A stretch of DNA of 64,000 nucleotides from IMG/VR virus record IMGVR_UViG_3300037156_000189, positions 10,764 through 74,763 of that record. One strand, written 5' to 3'. The DNA comes from a virus. Position 1 is the first letter of the stretch. Every line of letters begins with the position of its first letter. Shown one piece after another: positions 17,244-25,970 of the stretch. A program made the position numbers and the translations under genes. The notes beneath the pieces are model-generated. The model worked only from the letters and a program-made list of their open reading frames with translations. It was not told the origin of the DNA and did not search any database.

Positions 17244-17399
17244 TTAGTATTTGTTGGAACGGCGGACAGTGATACTCACGTCGTAGCCGTCGTGATTGAT
17301 GAGACTCCGCCGAACGTCCCCGGCGTCGTCTGTTGGGCTGCAGAAAACGGTGTCGATTTTCTTGCCGTGTAAGTAAACGTTCCATGCTTGGTGGGCCAT
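17244..17399 (-). CDS. Small phage protein (51 aa)
   Basis: MAHQAWNVYLHGKKIDTVFC...VRRSLINHDGYD; first gene after the promoter; not in the ORF track. Confidence 0.75.
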   Translation of the reverse strand: MAHQAWNVYLHGKKIDTVFCSPTDDAGDVRRSLINHDGYDVSITVRRSNKY

Positions 17400-17420
17400 T
17401 TTGTCCGTCTCCGTTCTTAA

Positions 17421-17487
17421 ATCCTATTACACTTTCATCCTCTTGTCAATATGCTATTTTGACAAAAGATCCAATTTTCGTTACCCT
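17421..17487. promoter_or_regulatory. Back-to-back sigma70 promoters
   Basis: Minus strand TTGACA-N17-TAGGAT; plus strand TTGACA-N17-TACCCT-N6-ATG. Confidence 0.75.
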
Positions 17488-17493
17488 CTACCC

Positions 17494-17889
17494 ATGTCCG
17501 CATCTGCCCATCCGACGCGTAAGCCGGCAAGCGCTAAAGCTAACGGCCGTATTGACGTGCTGCGGGCTGCTCGGAAGAATTCTGTTGAATTGACTTGGGA
17601 ACAGCAAAAAGTTGCAGAGCAATGGCTTTTCAAGTTCTGTGCGAGATGGGGCAACGATTTGCCCCAGTGGCGGGTCAACATTCTTAAGGGCGTAGCTCGG
17701 CGATTGGCTGTCCATCCGGTTCCCGCTGGATTCGGTCTGTCTTTGCTTAATCATCGTGGCGCGAATGCCCTTGCTTGCCGATGCCGCGCGGAAGGCGTAC
17801 AGCATCCCCATATCGCCGCAATGTGGCGTGGGCAGGCGTGGAAGCGGGCAGGCCGGCCGGTATTGCCTGCCTGCCAACTTCTGGTTTAG
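17494..17889 (+). CDS. Basic hypothetical protein, leaderless; lone plus-strand gene in the left arm
   Basis: ATG at the predicted transcription start. Confidence 0.65.
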   Translation: MSASAHPTRKPASAKANGRIDVLRAARKNSVELTWEQQKVAEQWLFKFCARWGNDLPQWRVNILKGVARRLAVHPVPAGFGLSLLNHRGANALACRCRAEGVQHPHIAAMWRGQAWKRAGRPVLPACQLLV

Positions 17890-17890
17890 G

Positions 17891-18409
17891 CTACATCTCT
17901 TTTATTGCTGCAGAGATGGCCCGCTTTGAGAATCCTATTTCGTGCAGTACCCCACGCAATTCTGATATCTGCTCTTGCTCGACTTCCGCCAGGTAACTGG
18001 CGTCTGAGTCTGATTCGATTCCCCAGAGCCCGCCCGATGTGACTTTTTGGCAGATGTTGCCAATGACAATCTCAGCTTTGGCGCCGATACCGATAAATTC
18101 AAATTCTCCATCGTTTAGCGCGCACATCCGTTTATAGTCCTGCTCAGCATTCTTCAGCATGGCGTCATGCCAGTATTGGCGCCGTTCTTGTGCAGTCCGG
18201 CCCTTGATCCAGTCCGCATCCGGCCGGAAGTCTTCGACCGTACCGGGATTAAACCATTGTTTTACCCTGTTCGATCCGGTTCGCTCTTGATGGTCGATTG
18301 CGAATTGAGTGTCCGCGTGGTTCGAGAACTCGCCCATCCAAGACGTATCGGGGGATTCGTCAAACATCCGTTTAACTTCGATCTTGAGAATGCGTTTCGT
18401 TTGTTTCAT
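17891..18409 (-). CDS. Conserved phage hypothetical protein
   Basis: DESPDTSWMGE...SGGLWGIESDSD..YL.EV. Confidence 0.75.
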   Translation of the reverse strand: MKQTKRILKIEVKRMFDESPDTSWMGEFSNHADTQFAIDHQERTGSNRVKQWFNPGTVEDFRPDADWIKGRTAQERRQYWHDAMLKNAEQDYKRMCALNDGEFEFIGIGAKAEIVIGNICQKVTSGGLWGIESDSDASYLAEVEQEQISELRGVLHEIGFSKRAISAAIKEM

Positions 18410-18481
18410 GGCGTCTTTTCTCTTCTTTTGTGCTCGGCATCTCCGCCGGCCGGTAAAACATGCGTAAACGAGTCTGAGTTT

Positions 18482-18549
18482 TATTCTCATTTCGATGACC
18501 ATCGAACTATCGTTTAAACGACATTTCGATAACCATCGAAATGAGAATA
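18482..18549. repeat. 68-bp near-perfect loop-less palindrome
   Basis: 16-bp perfect outer arms and 12-bp perfect core TCGTTTAAACGA; 29 of 34 pairs match. Confidence 0.95.
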
Positions 18550-18567
18550 GGCTTTAAATCTCTCAAA

Positions 18568-18960
18568 CTAAGCAACTTGCTCTCTGTTCAGTTCCAATCG
18601 CTGCAGTTCGACCGCATGAAAGTACAGCGCTTGAAACTTGCTTGTGACCGTCTGAGAGTCGAAGGAATGGCCTTCATACGCGCGTGCGATGTCCGCCAGG
18701 TAAAAGCAACGGACTGTTTTATCTCCGTTCACTCGGCTGGCGAATGTTTCCATGATGACAGCATCGTGCATGCGTGGGGTAAAGGCCATTTGCCACACCC
18801 AAGAGTCGCCTTCGTGATAAACGGAGCCAACACGCTGCAGAGTTCCCCACTTGCCAGGTCCGGTTACCATCGCGGACAGGATGAAATGATACGCAAGGCG
18901 CTCCCGCTCGGTCGCGCGATAGGCGTCGACCTGGGCCTGATGTGCCGCACTGAGTTTCAT
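18568..18960 (-). CDS. Hypothetical protein
   Basis: GAGG ribosome-binding site; starts MKLSAAHQ. Confidence 0.65.
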   Translation of the reverse strand: MKLSAAHQAQVDAYRATERERLAYHFILSAMVTGPGKWGTLQRVGSVYHEGDSWVWQMAFTPRMHDAVIMETFASRVNGDKTVRCFYLADIARAYEGHSFDSQTVTSKFQALYFHAVELQRLELNREQVA

Positions 18961-19055
18961 AGTTTCCTCATTCGTGCCGTCCATACCCGCGGCTGGTTAG
19001 CTTACCGGGTCGACCGCGCGCCAAATACGCGCGGTCATTCTCTTCTTTCGAATTC

Positions 19056-19202
19056 TCACATTTTTGGTACAGCGTGAACCGCGGCGCGCGTGCAATCGCG
19101 CGCCGCGCGCCCCTGTTGTTTGGTTTGGGTCTTCGGATCGTAGGAATAACCCCCATGGCGGAGGAAAAACAGATAGGCTTGCTGTTTGGCAGTGGTGGAC
19201 AT
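19056..19202 (-). CDS. Short, possibly truncated phage protein
   Basis: MSTTAKQQAYLFFLRHGGYSYDPKTQTKQQGR... Confidence 0.5.
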   Translation of the reverse strand: MSTTAKQQAYLFFLRHGGYSYDPKTQTKQQGRAARDCTRAAVHAVPKM

Positions 19203-19231
19203 ATCTCTCACCTTTCTTTGGTTGGATTGGA

Positions 19232-19753
19232 TTAAACGGTTGTGCAGACTTCCCATTTGCGGATGACTTCATTCCGTTCCATTTGGAAGTCAAACAAGTA
19301 AACAGTCATGCGCAGTTCCGAATTGATGCGCGCGTCGACGAATCCATGGAATCTACGCTCGCCATTGGCGCAATAGCAGATGAGCATTCCCATGTCCTTA
19401 TTGATAGGACCGTCGCCATCTGTGCGCATCTGCTTCGGAACCCAGACGGATTTGACGATAGAAGACCAGCCTTTAGTGGTCATTGTTTCTTGGGGCAGAT
19501 AGCGCCACGGCTTAAGGTTGCGCGCGTACACTGTGCGGCCGTTGAAACGCGCGGTAAACTTACACGTGCCATACTGCAGGCGCGACGTGCACTCTACGCG
19601 GCCGTCCGCAAAGCATCTCATCTCACGTTCGATCACGTCGCCACGGCCATACAGCCAGTTCAATCGCTGAATAGCTGTGAAGAGCTCAGCGCGCGTCAAA
19701 CGGCCATGCTCAGGCGATAGACCGTTAGCCAGATGCGTTAGTTGATTGTTCAT
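19232..19753 (-). CDS. Hypothetical protein
   Basis: GAGGTG ribosome-binding site; fits the operon. Confidence 0.7.
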   Translation of the reverse strand: MNNQLTHLANGLSPEHGRLTRAELFTAIQRLNWLYGRGDVIEREMRCFADGRVECTSRLQYGTCKFTARFNGRTVYARNLKPWRYLPQETMTTKGWSSIVKSVWVPKQMRTDGDGPINKDMGMLICYCANGERRFHGFVDARINSELRMTVYLFDFQMERNEVIRKWEVCTTV

Positions 19754-19780
19754 CGGATCACCTCAGGTGATGGGTTTGGA

Positions 19781-19999
19781 TTAGTCAAACATGTAAAAGC
19801 CGAACCAGGTGCGGCGTGGCGTCTTTGTTCCGAGCTGGTACAGCGCGTGCTTCCAATCGTGGCAACCAGCGAGGACAATCGGCAAACCCTTATAGGTTCC
19901 GATGATCCTATCGGTGGCGCATTCCACGTATGCGGTCGGATCAGCAAGTATGATGTGTGCTTCACATTCTGCAGGCGTCATTAGTTCAAAGGCAGTCAT
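19781..19999 (-). CDS. Hypothetical protein, first gene of the leftward early operon
   Basis: Downstream of the promoter at 20027-20056. Confidence 0.65.
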   Translation of the reverse strand: MTAFELMTPAECEAHIILADPTAYVECATDRIIGTYKGLPIVLAGCHDWKHALYQLGTKTPRRTWFGFYMFD

Positions 20000-20026
20000 A
20001 ATCAAACCTTTCATGATGCTGGTATC

Positions 20027-20056
20027 ACTCTAAACGCCGTTCCATTCTCTTGTCAA
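20027..20056 (-). promoter_or_regulatory. sigma70-type promoter
   Basis: TTGACA-N18-TAGAGT. Confidence 0.65.
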
Positions 20057-20118
20057 TAGCCTCTATGAATTTATTTTGACTTGCTAGTCCATCAAGGCTA
20101 CACCGTATAGGGCCATGA

Positions 20119-20390
20119 GTTTAGACATACAGATACGTTCGGCTAGATTCCTTTTCACCTCTAGTTAGACAGTTAGGGGAGTTCCTAAGAGTCTAGTTAG
20201 ACAATTGGACGCTCGCCAGGTCGACCAGATTCAGCGTCGACCCCCGTTGACTCCCTTGGGGGGTCCAATGCGGAACGTCGAGCCCCCCGTTCGCCGGCTG
20301 GATACGGGATGGTTGTCCTTGTCTAAGCTCGTGTAGAAATCAGGGCGGCTTTTGTTATTTGCAAACTAAGTACATGTTTAGGGGGTTCCT
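20119..20390. repeat. Repeat-rich non-coding divergence region
   Basis: TCTAGTTAGACA x2, TTAGGGG(A)GTTCCT x2 and CGTCGA(GC)CCCCCGTT x2. Confidence 0.6.
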
Positions 20391-20433
20391 GCCGAATAAA
20401 AAATTTTAGTTGGATTTCTACCCACAAGTCTAG

Positions 20434-20503
20434 TAGAATAAAGGGGTCAGGAGGCTGTAACCTCCGGCAAGCCTAATCTCCCCAAGGAGGAGACCATGAC
20501 CCC
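20434..20503 (+). promoter_or_regulatory. -10 box plus start-codon-sequestering leader, copy 1
   Basis: TAGAAT, then GGGGTCA...TGACCCC stem with internal hairpins. Confidence 0.75.
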
Positions 20504-21284
20504 AGAACCAGCATACATCGAATTGTCCACCAGCCGTGGCATCAGATTTTGGGTTGACATCGAGGACTACCCCAAGATTAGGTGCCGGCCGTGGTGGGCG
20601 CAAGCGACAGACCAAGGTACTTTCTACTTGACCAGCAGAGATACTGGGCTTGATGAGGACGGGCACAAGTGGCAGCGTTCTGTGCAGATCGCTCGCCTGA
20701 TCATGGGCTTGGAGTCGGGTAACCCACTTGTTGTAGGCCACATTAACGGCGAGCCCCGCGATAACAGGAAGATCAATCTGCGCGTCTGCACTCAGCGCGA
20801 TAATGCGCGGAACAGACGGATATCTTGCATCAATACGTCGGGGTTTAAGGGTGTATCGCAGCTAGGCTTGGATTGTTGGGCAGCCGTGATAAGGGTGAAC
20901 GGCCACGCATACCATTTGGGCACATTCGATTCCGCGGAGAAGGCATACCAGGCTTATTGCGAAGCGGCAGCATGGGCTTTCGGGCAGTTTGCTAACTTCG
21001 GGGAGGTTCGTGACGATAATTTCCGATTGCCTTCAGTACCGCGTTCTGTCGTGATGCCGCCAAGACTGGCGGATAAGAAGCCCATGCGGCGTAGGCTGGC
21101 CGAATGGACTCCTGGAATAAGGGAAGAGGTCCCTGCCGATTTTGCGGGGCACCGACACGAAGAGTTCTGTTCGGTTGCGTCTTCGGTTCTCAAGCCTCGC
21201 ACTCAGAGAGCAAGAGCGGGCCTTGGAGTTTGGGGTTTGTCCAAGAGCCCATTGGCCATCAGGAGCCACTTCATTTTCTCCTAG
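20496..21284 (+). CDS. HNH endonuclease with AP2 domain
   Basis: VGHINGEPRDNRKINLR, NTSGFKGV and LGTFDSAEKAYQAYCEAA..FG.FA. Confidence 0.9.
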   Translation: MTPEPAYIELSTSRGIRFWVDIEDYPKIRCRPWWAQATDQGTFYLTSRDTGLDEDGHKWQRSVQIARLIMGLESGNPLVVGHINGEPRDNRKINLRVCTQRDNARNRRISCINTSGFKGVSQLGLDCWAAVIRVNGHAYHLGTFDSAEKAYQAYCEAAAWAFGQFANFGEVRDDNFRLPSVPRSVVMPPRLADKKPMRRRLAEWTPGIREEVPADFAGHRHEEFCSVASSVLKPRTQRARAGLGVWGLSKSPLAIRSHFIFS

Positions 21285-21368
21285 CGCCTGTTCACGTTTT
21301 AATGTTTGCAATTTATTATTGCTTCGGTTTATAATCCGTAATGCGTGAGGATCTAGGAGGTCGCCAAC

Positions 21369-21620
21369 ATGCTGACTGATTCAGAATTTTGCTGCCCTCT
21401 CTGCGGTCTCGTCCTCACTTCCCTCCATGCTTTCCACCAACATCTCGCCAAAGTTCACAACTCTCGGTCTCAGCAGGCGGCTGTGGGACCGGGACCCACA
21501 GCGGAGCCCGGACCCGCCGCTGCTGTGGGACCGGGGCCTGCGGCGGAGCCCGCAGCTGCCGCAGCCAGTTATGTCAATGGCTGCCCAATCCTGGACGACA
21601 AGATCGAGGTTTGGTCATGA
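21369..21620 (+). CDS. C2H2 zinc-finger protein with a duplicated AAVGPGP.AEP repeat
   Basis: CPLC...FHQHLAKVH; GGAGG ribosome-binding site. Confidence 0.65.
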   Translation: MLTDSEFCCPLCGLVLTSLHAFHQHLAKVHNSRSQQAAVGPGPTAEPGPAAAVGPGPAAEPAAAAASYVNGCPILDDKIEVWS

Positions 21621-21813
21621 GCAAGGATTCTTTTCCTATCGTTGACCATTGTTTTGAGCCTCCCCAAGTACGATTCGAAAGTTCCTGATTTGGGGAGGGT
21701 ATCTTGAGCGGCAAGGTGTATCGTGTGTGCCCGAGGTGCGGTCGTAGGGTTGGTGTGAAAAAAGATGGTCGTCAGGTTTGCGGGGGTAAGTTGGGTTGTG
21801 GTTGGAGGACAAA

Positions 21814-22215
21814 ATGAGCAAGTATGTGGTTCCTGAAGGTATGCTGAAGGCGGTAGACAAGGCAATCGGTGAGATGCGACTTGGACAGGCCAGCCGGTTA
21901 GCCCCACGCAATGGCGAACTTTGGCCGAACGAGTTGAAGCAGGTAGCTTTGGAGGCGGCTATCGGATGGCTGGACGGGAAACTAACCGAATTCGACCAGC
22001 CCGGGGCCTTCGATCAGTACCGGAATGGTTACAACGCGGCTATCAGATGTGTGCGCCGGATGTTTCTTGCTCCCGAGCCGGAAGTACCAGAAGCGATCAA
22101 AGACTTGATGTGGAGTCAACCGCTCTATAAATGCGACACGGAGTTCTACGAGGCGATACCAAATGCCAACGCCTCTGTCCTCGAAGCCTACCGGCGCGGC
22201 AAGGCCGGAAAGTGA
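21814..22215 (+). CDS. Hypothetical protein
   Basis: GGAGG ribosome-binding site; VVPEGMLKA...PEVPEAIKDL. Confidence 0.75.
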   Translation: MSKYVVPEGMLKAVDKAIGEMRLGQASRLAPRNGELWPNELKQVALEAAIGWLDGKLTEFDQPGAFDQYRNGYNAAIRCVRRMFLAPEPEVPEAIKDLMWSQPLYKCDTEFYEAIPNANASVLEAYRRGKAGK

Positions 22216-22313
22216 GTTCCTCGTCCTCTGCTGGATGGGGTGGGTGCCGGTTCCATGCCTGGCCGGTTGTTTCCGTGGGGAGCGCATTCGGAGAACCCAA
22301 GACGCTTAGAATT

Positions 22314-22331
22314 TAGTGCGATATCGCACCT
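22314..22331 (+). promoter_or_regulatory. Palindromic 18-bp motif, copy 1
   Basis: TAGTGCGATATCGCACCT upstream of the RNA ligase. Confidence 0.55.
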
Positions 22332-22346
22332 TTTGGAGAGAAAGAC

Positions 22347-23276
22347 ATGCCGGAATTTAGAGAGTTCCCGTCTATTGAGCAGTACAGGAATGTCGTAAAA
22401 CTCGTCCGTGAGAGAGCGCAGTTCGACGGAAAGCCTCTGCCTACGATCTTGTTTTACGGGTCCGTCAAGCTCCACGGCACGAACGCGGCTGTTGGATTCG
22501 ATGAAGACGGTGAATTGTTCACCCAGTCCAGAAGCCAGATCATCACTCCGGATAATGACAATGCCGGGTTTGCGAAGTGGGTGCGGGCCAACGATCAGAT
22601 GTTCCCGAAACTCAAGTCGGCTGTGATCTACGGGGAGTGGTGCGGGCAGGGCATTCAGAAGAACGTTGGAATTAGCCAACTCCCAAAGATGTTCGTCCCT
22701 TTCGCCATCAAGTCGGGAGACAGGTGGTGGTCCCCGGAAGAAATGAAGACGTTCTTCTTCCACTCCGGCTTGCGTTGCATCTACGATTTCCCGTCATGGT
22801 CGATGCTGATTGATTTCAGCCGGCCAGAAGAGTTTCAGAACGATCTTGTCGATCTGACCGTAAAAGTGGAGCAGCAGTGCCCCGTGGCTCTCGCGCACGG
22901 CGTTGAGGGTATCGGTGAGGGCATCGTGTGGTGGGCGGCTCCCTGTGACGGGTTTAACACTGAGGGGCTGGTATTCAAGGTGAAGGGCGAGAAGCACAGC
23001 GAAACCAAAGTCAAAACCCTTGCCGCCGTCGATGTGGAGAAGATTGGAAATATCCGGGAGCTGGTAGCGACGATTGCTACCCCTCACCGCATGGAGAAGA
23101 AACTAGAAGGGATTCCGGTGGATATCAAGAACACAGGAACCTTCCTAAAAGCGGTCACGGAAGACGTGATGAAGGAAGAGGCCGACACCATCGACGCCAG
23201 CGGGTTGCCGAAAACGGACGTGATGAAAGGCATTGCAATGGCTGCAAAGAAGTTCTTCATGGAACAGGTAAAGTAA
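22347..23276 (+). CDS. RNA ligase, Rnl2-type
   Basis: Motif I KLHGTN, III YGEWCG, IV GEGIV and V FKVK. Confidence 0.88.
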   Translation: MPEFREFPSIEQYRNVVKLVRERAQFDGKPLPTILFYGSVKLHGTNAAVGFDEDGELFTQSRSQIITPDNDNAGFAKWVRANDQMFPKLKSAVIYGEWCGQGIQKNVGISQLPKMFVPFAIKSGDRWWSPEEMKTFFFHSGLRCIYDFPSWSMLIDFSRPEEFQNDLVDLTVKVEQQCPVALAHGVEGIGEGIVWWAAPCDGFNTEGLVFKVKGEKHSETKVKTLAAVDVEKIGNIRELVATIATPHRMEKKLEGIPVDIKNTGTFLKAVTEDVMKEEADTIDASGLPKTDVMKGIAMAAKKFFMEQVK

Positions 23277-23285
23277 GCCCAACTC

Positions 23286-23303
23286 TAGTGAGATATCGCA
23301 CCT
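23286..23303 (+). promoter_or_regulatory. 18-bp motif, copy 2
   Basis: TAGTGAGATATCGCACCT, 17 of 18 identical to copy 1. Confidence 0.55.
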
Positions 23304-23316
23304 CCCGGGAGCAAGC

Positions 23317-23541
23317 GTGAAAAGCATCAAGCGTGACACCAGAAAGCCGAGAATGCGTCAAAGGGATCGTGTGAACGCCCGCGAACAGTACGAGGAGTAC
23401 AAGCGCCTGGAGGCCGAGTACCTGGCCGCGAGATGTGAGGATTCCTGCGACTACGGGTTTTCGGAGCTGCGGGACCGGGACCCGCAGCGCCTGACGCCCT
23501 ATGACCGTATGTTCCTGCGGGCTTTGAAGATCAAAACCTGA
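23317..23541 (+). CDS. Hypothetical protein
   Basis: C-terminal LTPYDRMFLRALKI. Confidence 0.7.
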   Translation: MKSIKRDTRKPRMRQRDRVNAREQYEEYKRLEAEYLAARCEDSCDYGFSELRDRDPQRLTPYDRMFLRALKIKT

Positions 23542-23606
23542 GAAAGTTCAAAATAGCTCATCCACTTGTATCCGCCCTGGCGTACTATTCCTAGTGGAGA
23601 TTCATC

Positions 23607-24158
23607 ATGCACGAACGTTACCGTTATCTTCTCGAAGTTCTCGAAACGACCCTCAAGACCGTCGAGCGCGTCACTCGCCGCATGGATAAGGAGGCCGCGG
23701 AGGACCGGGAGACCCTGGGCTTCCTGCTCCACGAGCTGAGAAACATCGAGCACGACCTGCACCCGCCCACCCCTCCCCCGCCACCTCCCCCTCCCCCTCC
23801 CTCTCCAACTTTCGCAACCAGCATCAGCTTCACGGAGACTTCAATGAACCCGACTCAAGCAGGCAACACCCAAGTATTTACCGGCACGCTCGTTCCCGCC
23901 GGCGCAACTTACCCCGCGGACACCACGTTTACTCTGACGTCCAACGATCCGGCGGTAAGCCCCACTGTGGATTCAACAGGGCTGGTGGTCAGCGTTACCT
24001 ATCCCGACGGATGGGTTGAGAGCACCAGCACACCCCTCGCGTTCTCCTATGGCGCTGCCAGCGTCAGCGAGAACGGAGCCATCAGCGCGACCATTACCCC
24101 CTCGGCTCCCGTCGGCGGCGCGTTCCCCAGCGGAATTTCCTTTCAACAGTCTCAGTAG
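23607..24158 (+). CDS. Coiled coil - polyproline - Ig-like protein
   Basis: Helical N-terminus, a run of ten Pro, and a Thr/Ser-rich beta domain; second in-frame ribosome-binding site plus ATG at 23844. Confidence 0.75.
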   Translation: MHERYRYLLEVLETTLKTVERVTRRMDKEAAEDRETLGFLLHELRNIEHDLHPPTPPPPPPPPPPSPTFATSISFTETSMNPTQAGNTQVFTGTLVPAGATYPADTTFTLTSNDPAVSPTVDSTGLVVSVTYPDGWVESTSTPLAFSYGAASVSENGAISATITPSAPVGGAFPSGISFQQSQ

Positions 24159-24181
24159 TCAGCGGCTTCCCATCACTAAAG

Positions 24182-24215
24182 AAGGCCTCGGCCCTAACCA
24201 GGACCGGGGCCTTTT
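24182..24215 (+). terminator. Intrinsic terminator
   Basis: GGCCTCGG...CCGGGGCC followed by TTTT. Confidence 0.7.
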
Positions 24216-24262
24216 CTGCACCAATAGTTGACAACATAATCTAATCGTGGCGGTATTATTGA

Positions 24263-24923
24263 ATGAGCGCGCGCGATCCCATCCCCCATCTTCCGTCTGC
24301 CCCGCCTCTCGCTCTCTCCCTTTCTACTCTCCCCACCGCGCGCGATCTTCTCTCCATCCAGGATTTCCGCCTGCGCCTGCGCAGGACTCTTCTCGACTGT
24401 CCCACCCTGACTCTCAAACAGGTTGCTCAAGCCCTCGGCGTCACCAGGCAGTACGTCGGAGCCCTCGTTGGCTCCCTCGGCCGCCCCACATGTGCTCGTC
24501 ACGACAAGCCGGGGGCCGAAGCGTGATCAAGCCCAATCCCACCTCAAGGAACTGACCGTACGGGTGGCCAGGGGCGAATCAGCGGAGCAGGCCGCCCGCG
24601 CTCTCGGCATCTCCCTCCCTGCTGCGGCGAAACTTGGCTTTAGAACCAAAGCCATTCGCCCCTCTCATGGCGGCGGGCGAAAGGATTGTTTTTGTTGGCG
24701 ATGTAAGAAGGCTCAGGGACTTGTCACGCCGAGAGGGCCAAAGAGCGGAGCGGCGACAAGGGCCGAGGTCGAAGACTGGTTGGCGTGGACAGATCCCTAT
24801 GACGGAACTCAGCTAACACAGGCAACGATTGGGCGCCTGGCGGGAACGCATCAGGGCGCAGTGTCCAGGATTGCGAGGAGAAGAGGAAGGTTCGCGCTAC
24901 TTGACGAAGTTACCGATCAATAG
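24263..24923 (+). pseudogene. Multi-HTH protein split by a frameshift at a G5 tract (24511-24515)
   Basis: ORFs 24263-24526 and 24423-24923 join as ...KPGPKRDQ... if one G is removed; three HTH motifs. Confidence 0.6.
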
Positions 24924-25147
24924 GCTGAGGCACCAGAATGCCATTCCTGCCCATCCAAGGTTGACTCGTGGAGACGATGGGACATTCAATGCGGCTAGGG
25001 CCAACAGCACAAACGCGAAAACCAGAAGGATTGTTCCGAGCACAGACTACCTCCAAGACTAGATCATTGGATGCCTCACCCGCCCATCCACGCTGTACTC
25101 TTTGGATCACCCCTTAAATTTTCCTCTTGATAGTTGCTATTATTTGG

Positions 25148-25222
25148 TATACTGGGGGTGTCTCCAGTTGCATCTGGAGGTCCCACACTCAAGCGCCTTG
25201 GAGGACGATCGGTGACACCCCC
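25148..25222 (+). promoter_or_regulatory. -10 box plus start-sequestering leader, divergent copy
   Basis: TGgTATACT, then GGGGGTGTC...GACACCCCC stem and TCCAG/CTGGA hairpin. Confidence 0.65.
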
Positions 25223-25922
25223 GAAGAAAAGTCTAGTGCAGATTCGCGCAGAGCGCGAGCAACGTTGTGCTGAGATGCGAAGGTTATCAGGTCAAGGAAA
25301 AAATCAGACAGAGATTGCAGAATTGTTTGGGCTTACGCCTCAACGTGTAAGCCAGTTGGTGGGGAAGGCCCGCGGCCCTGGGTGTAACTATCCCAGGACT
25401 GTATCAGAGCGCATAGATGCCGATCAAAAAGCGTATTTAGAAATTCAAATGTGCAGCGGCGAGAAGTTTCTTTTGGACCCAGAAGAATTGGAGAAGGTCA
25501 GCGGATTCGGTTGGCGTACGCGCTCAAACCGTTCTGCACAAGCTCGTTACGTAGTTGCCCCGCTGGTTGAAATTGTGGATGGAAAGAAGTTATCCACTAC
25601 CTTGCAACTTGGTCGTGTGATCATGGGGCTGGGTCGAGGCGACCCGCGCGTTATCGATCACATTAACGGGGACACTTTGGATAATCGTAAGGCTAATTTG
25701 AGGGTGTGTACTAACGCGGAGAATATTAGAAACAGGTGCAGGGACAAAGACAACGCTTCTGGATTTAAAGGGGTTACATGTGAGGGCAAGAAATGGTTAG
25801 CCCAAATATTTCACAATGGGCGGGGGTACCGTTTAGGTAGGTTTTCTACTCCGGAAGAGGCGCACGCTGCGTATTGCGCGGCGGCCGTGCGTTTCTACGG
25901 TAAGTTTGCGAATTTTGGTTGA
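25212..25922 (+). CDS. HTH-HNH-AP2 endonuclease
   Basis: NQTEIAELFGLTPQRVSQL, IDHINGDTLDNRKANLR and SGFKGV...YGKFANFG; GTG start. Confidence 0.9.
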   Translation: MTPPKKSLVQIRAEREQRCAEMRRLSGQGKNQTEIAELFGLTPQRVSQLVGKARGPGCNYPRTVSERIDADQKAYLEIQMCSGEKFLLDPEELEKVSGFGWRTRSNRSAQARYVVAPLVEIVDGKKLSTTLQLGRVIMGLGRGDPRVIDHINGDTLDNRKANLRVCTNAENIRNRCRDKDNASGFKGVTCEGKKWLAQIFHNGRGYRLGRFSTPEEAHAAYCAAAVRFYGKFANFG

Positions 25923-25970
25923 AAAAGATTTATTGCAAACCTTCGACTTTATGTTATGCTTTGTCCTGTT

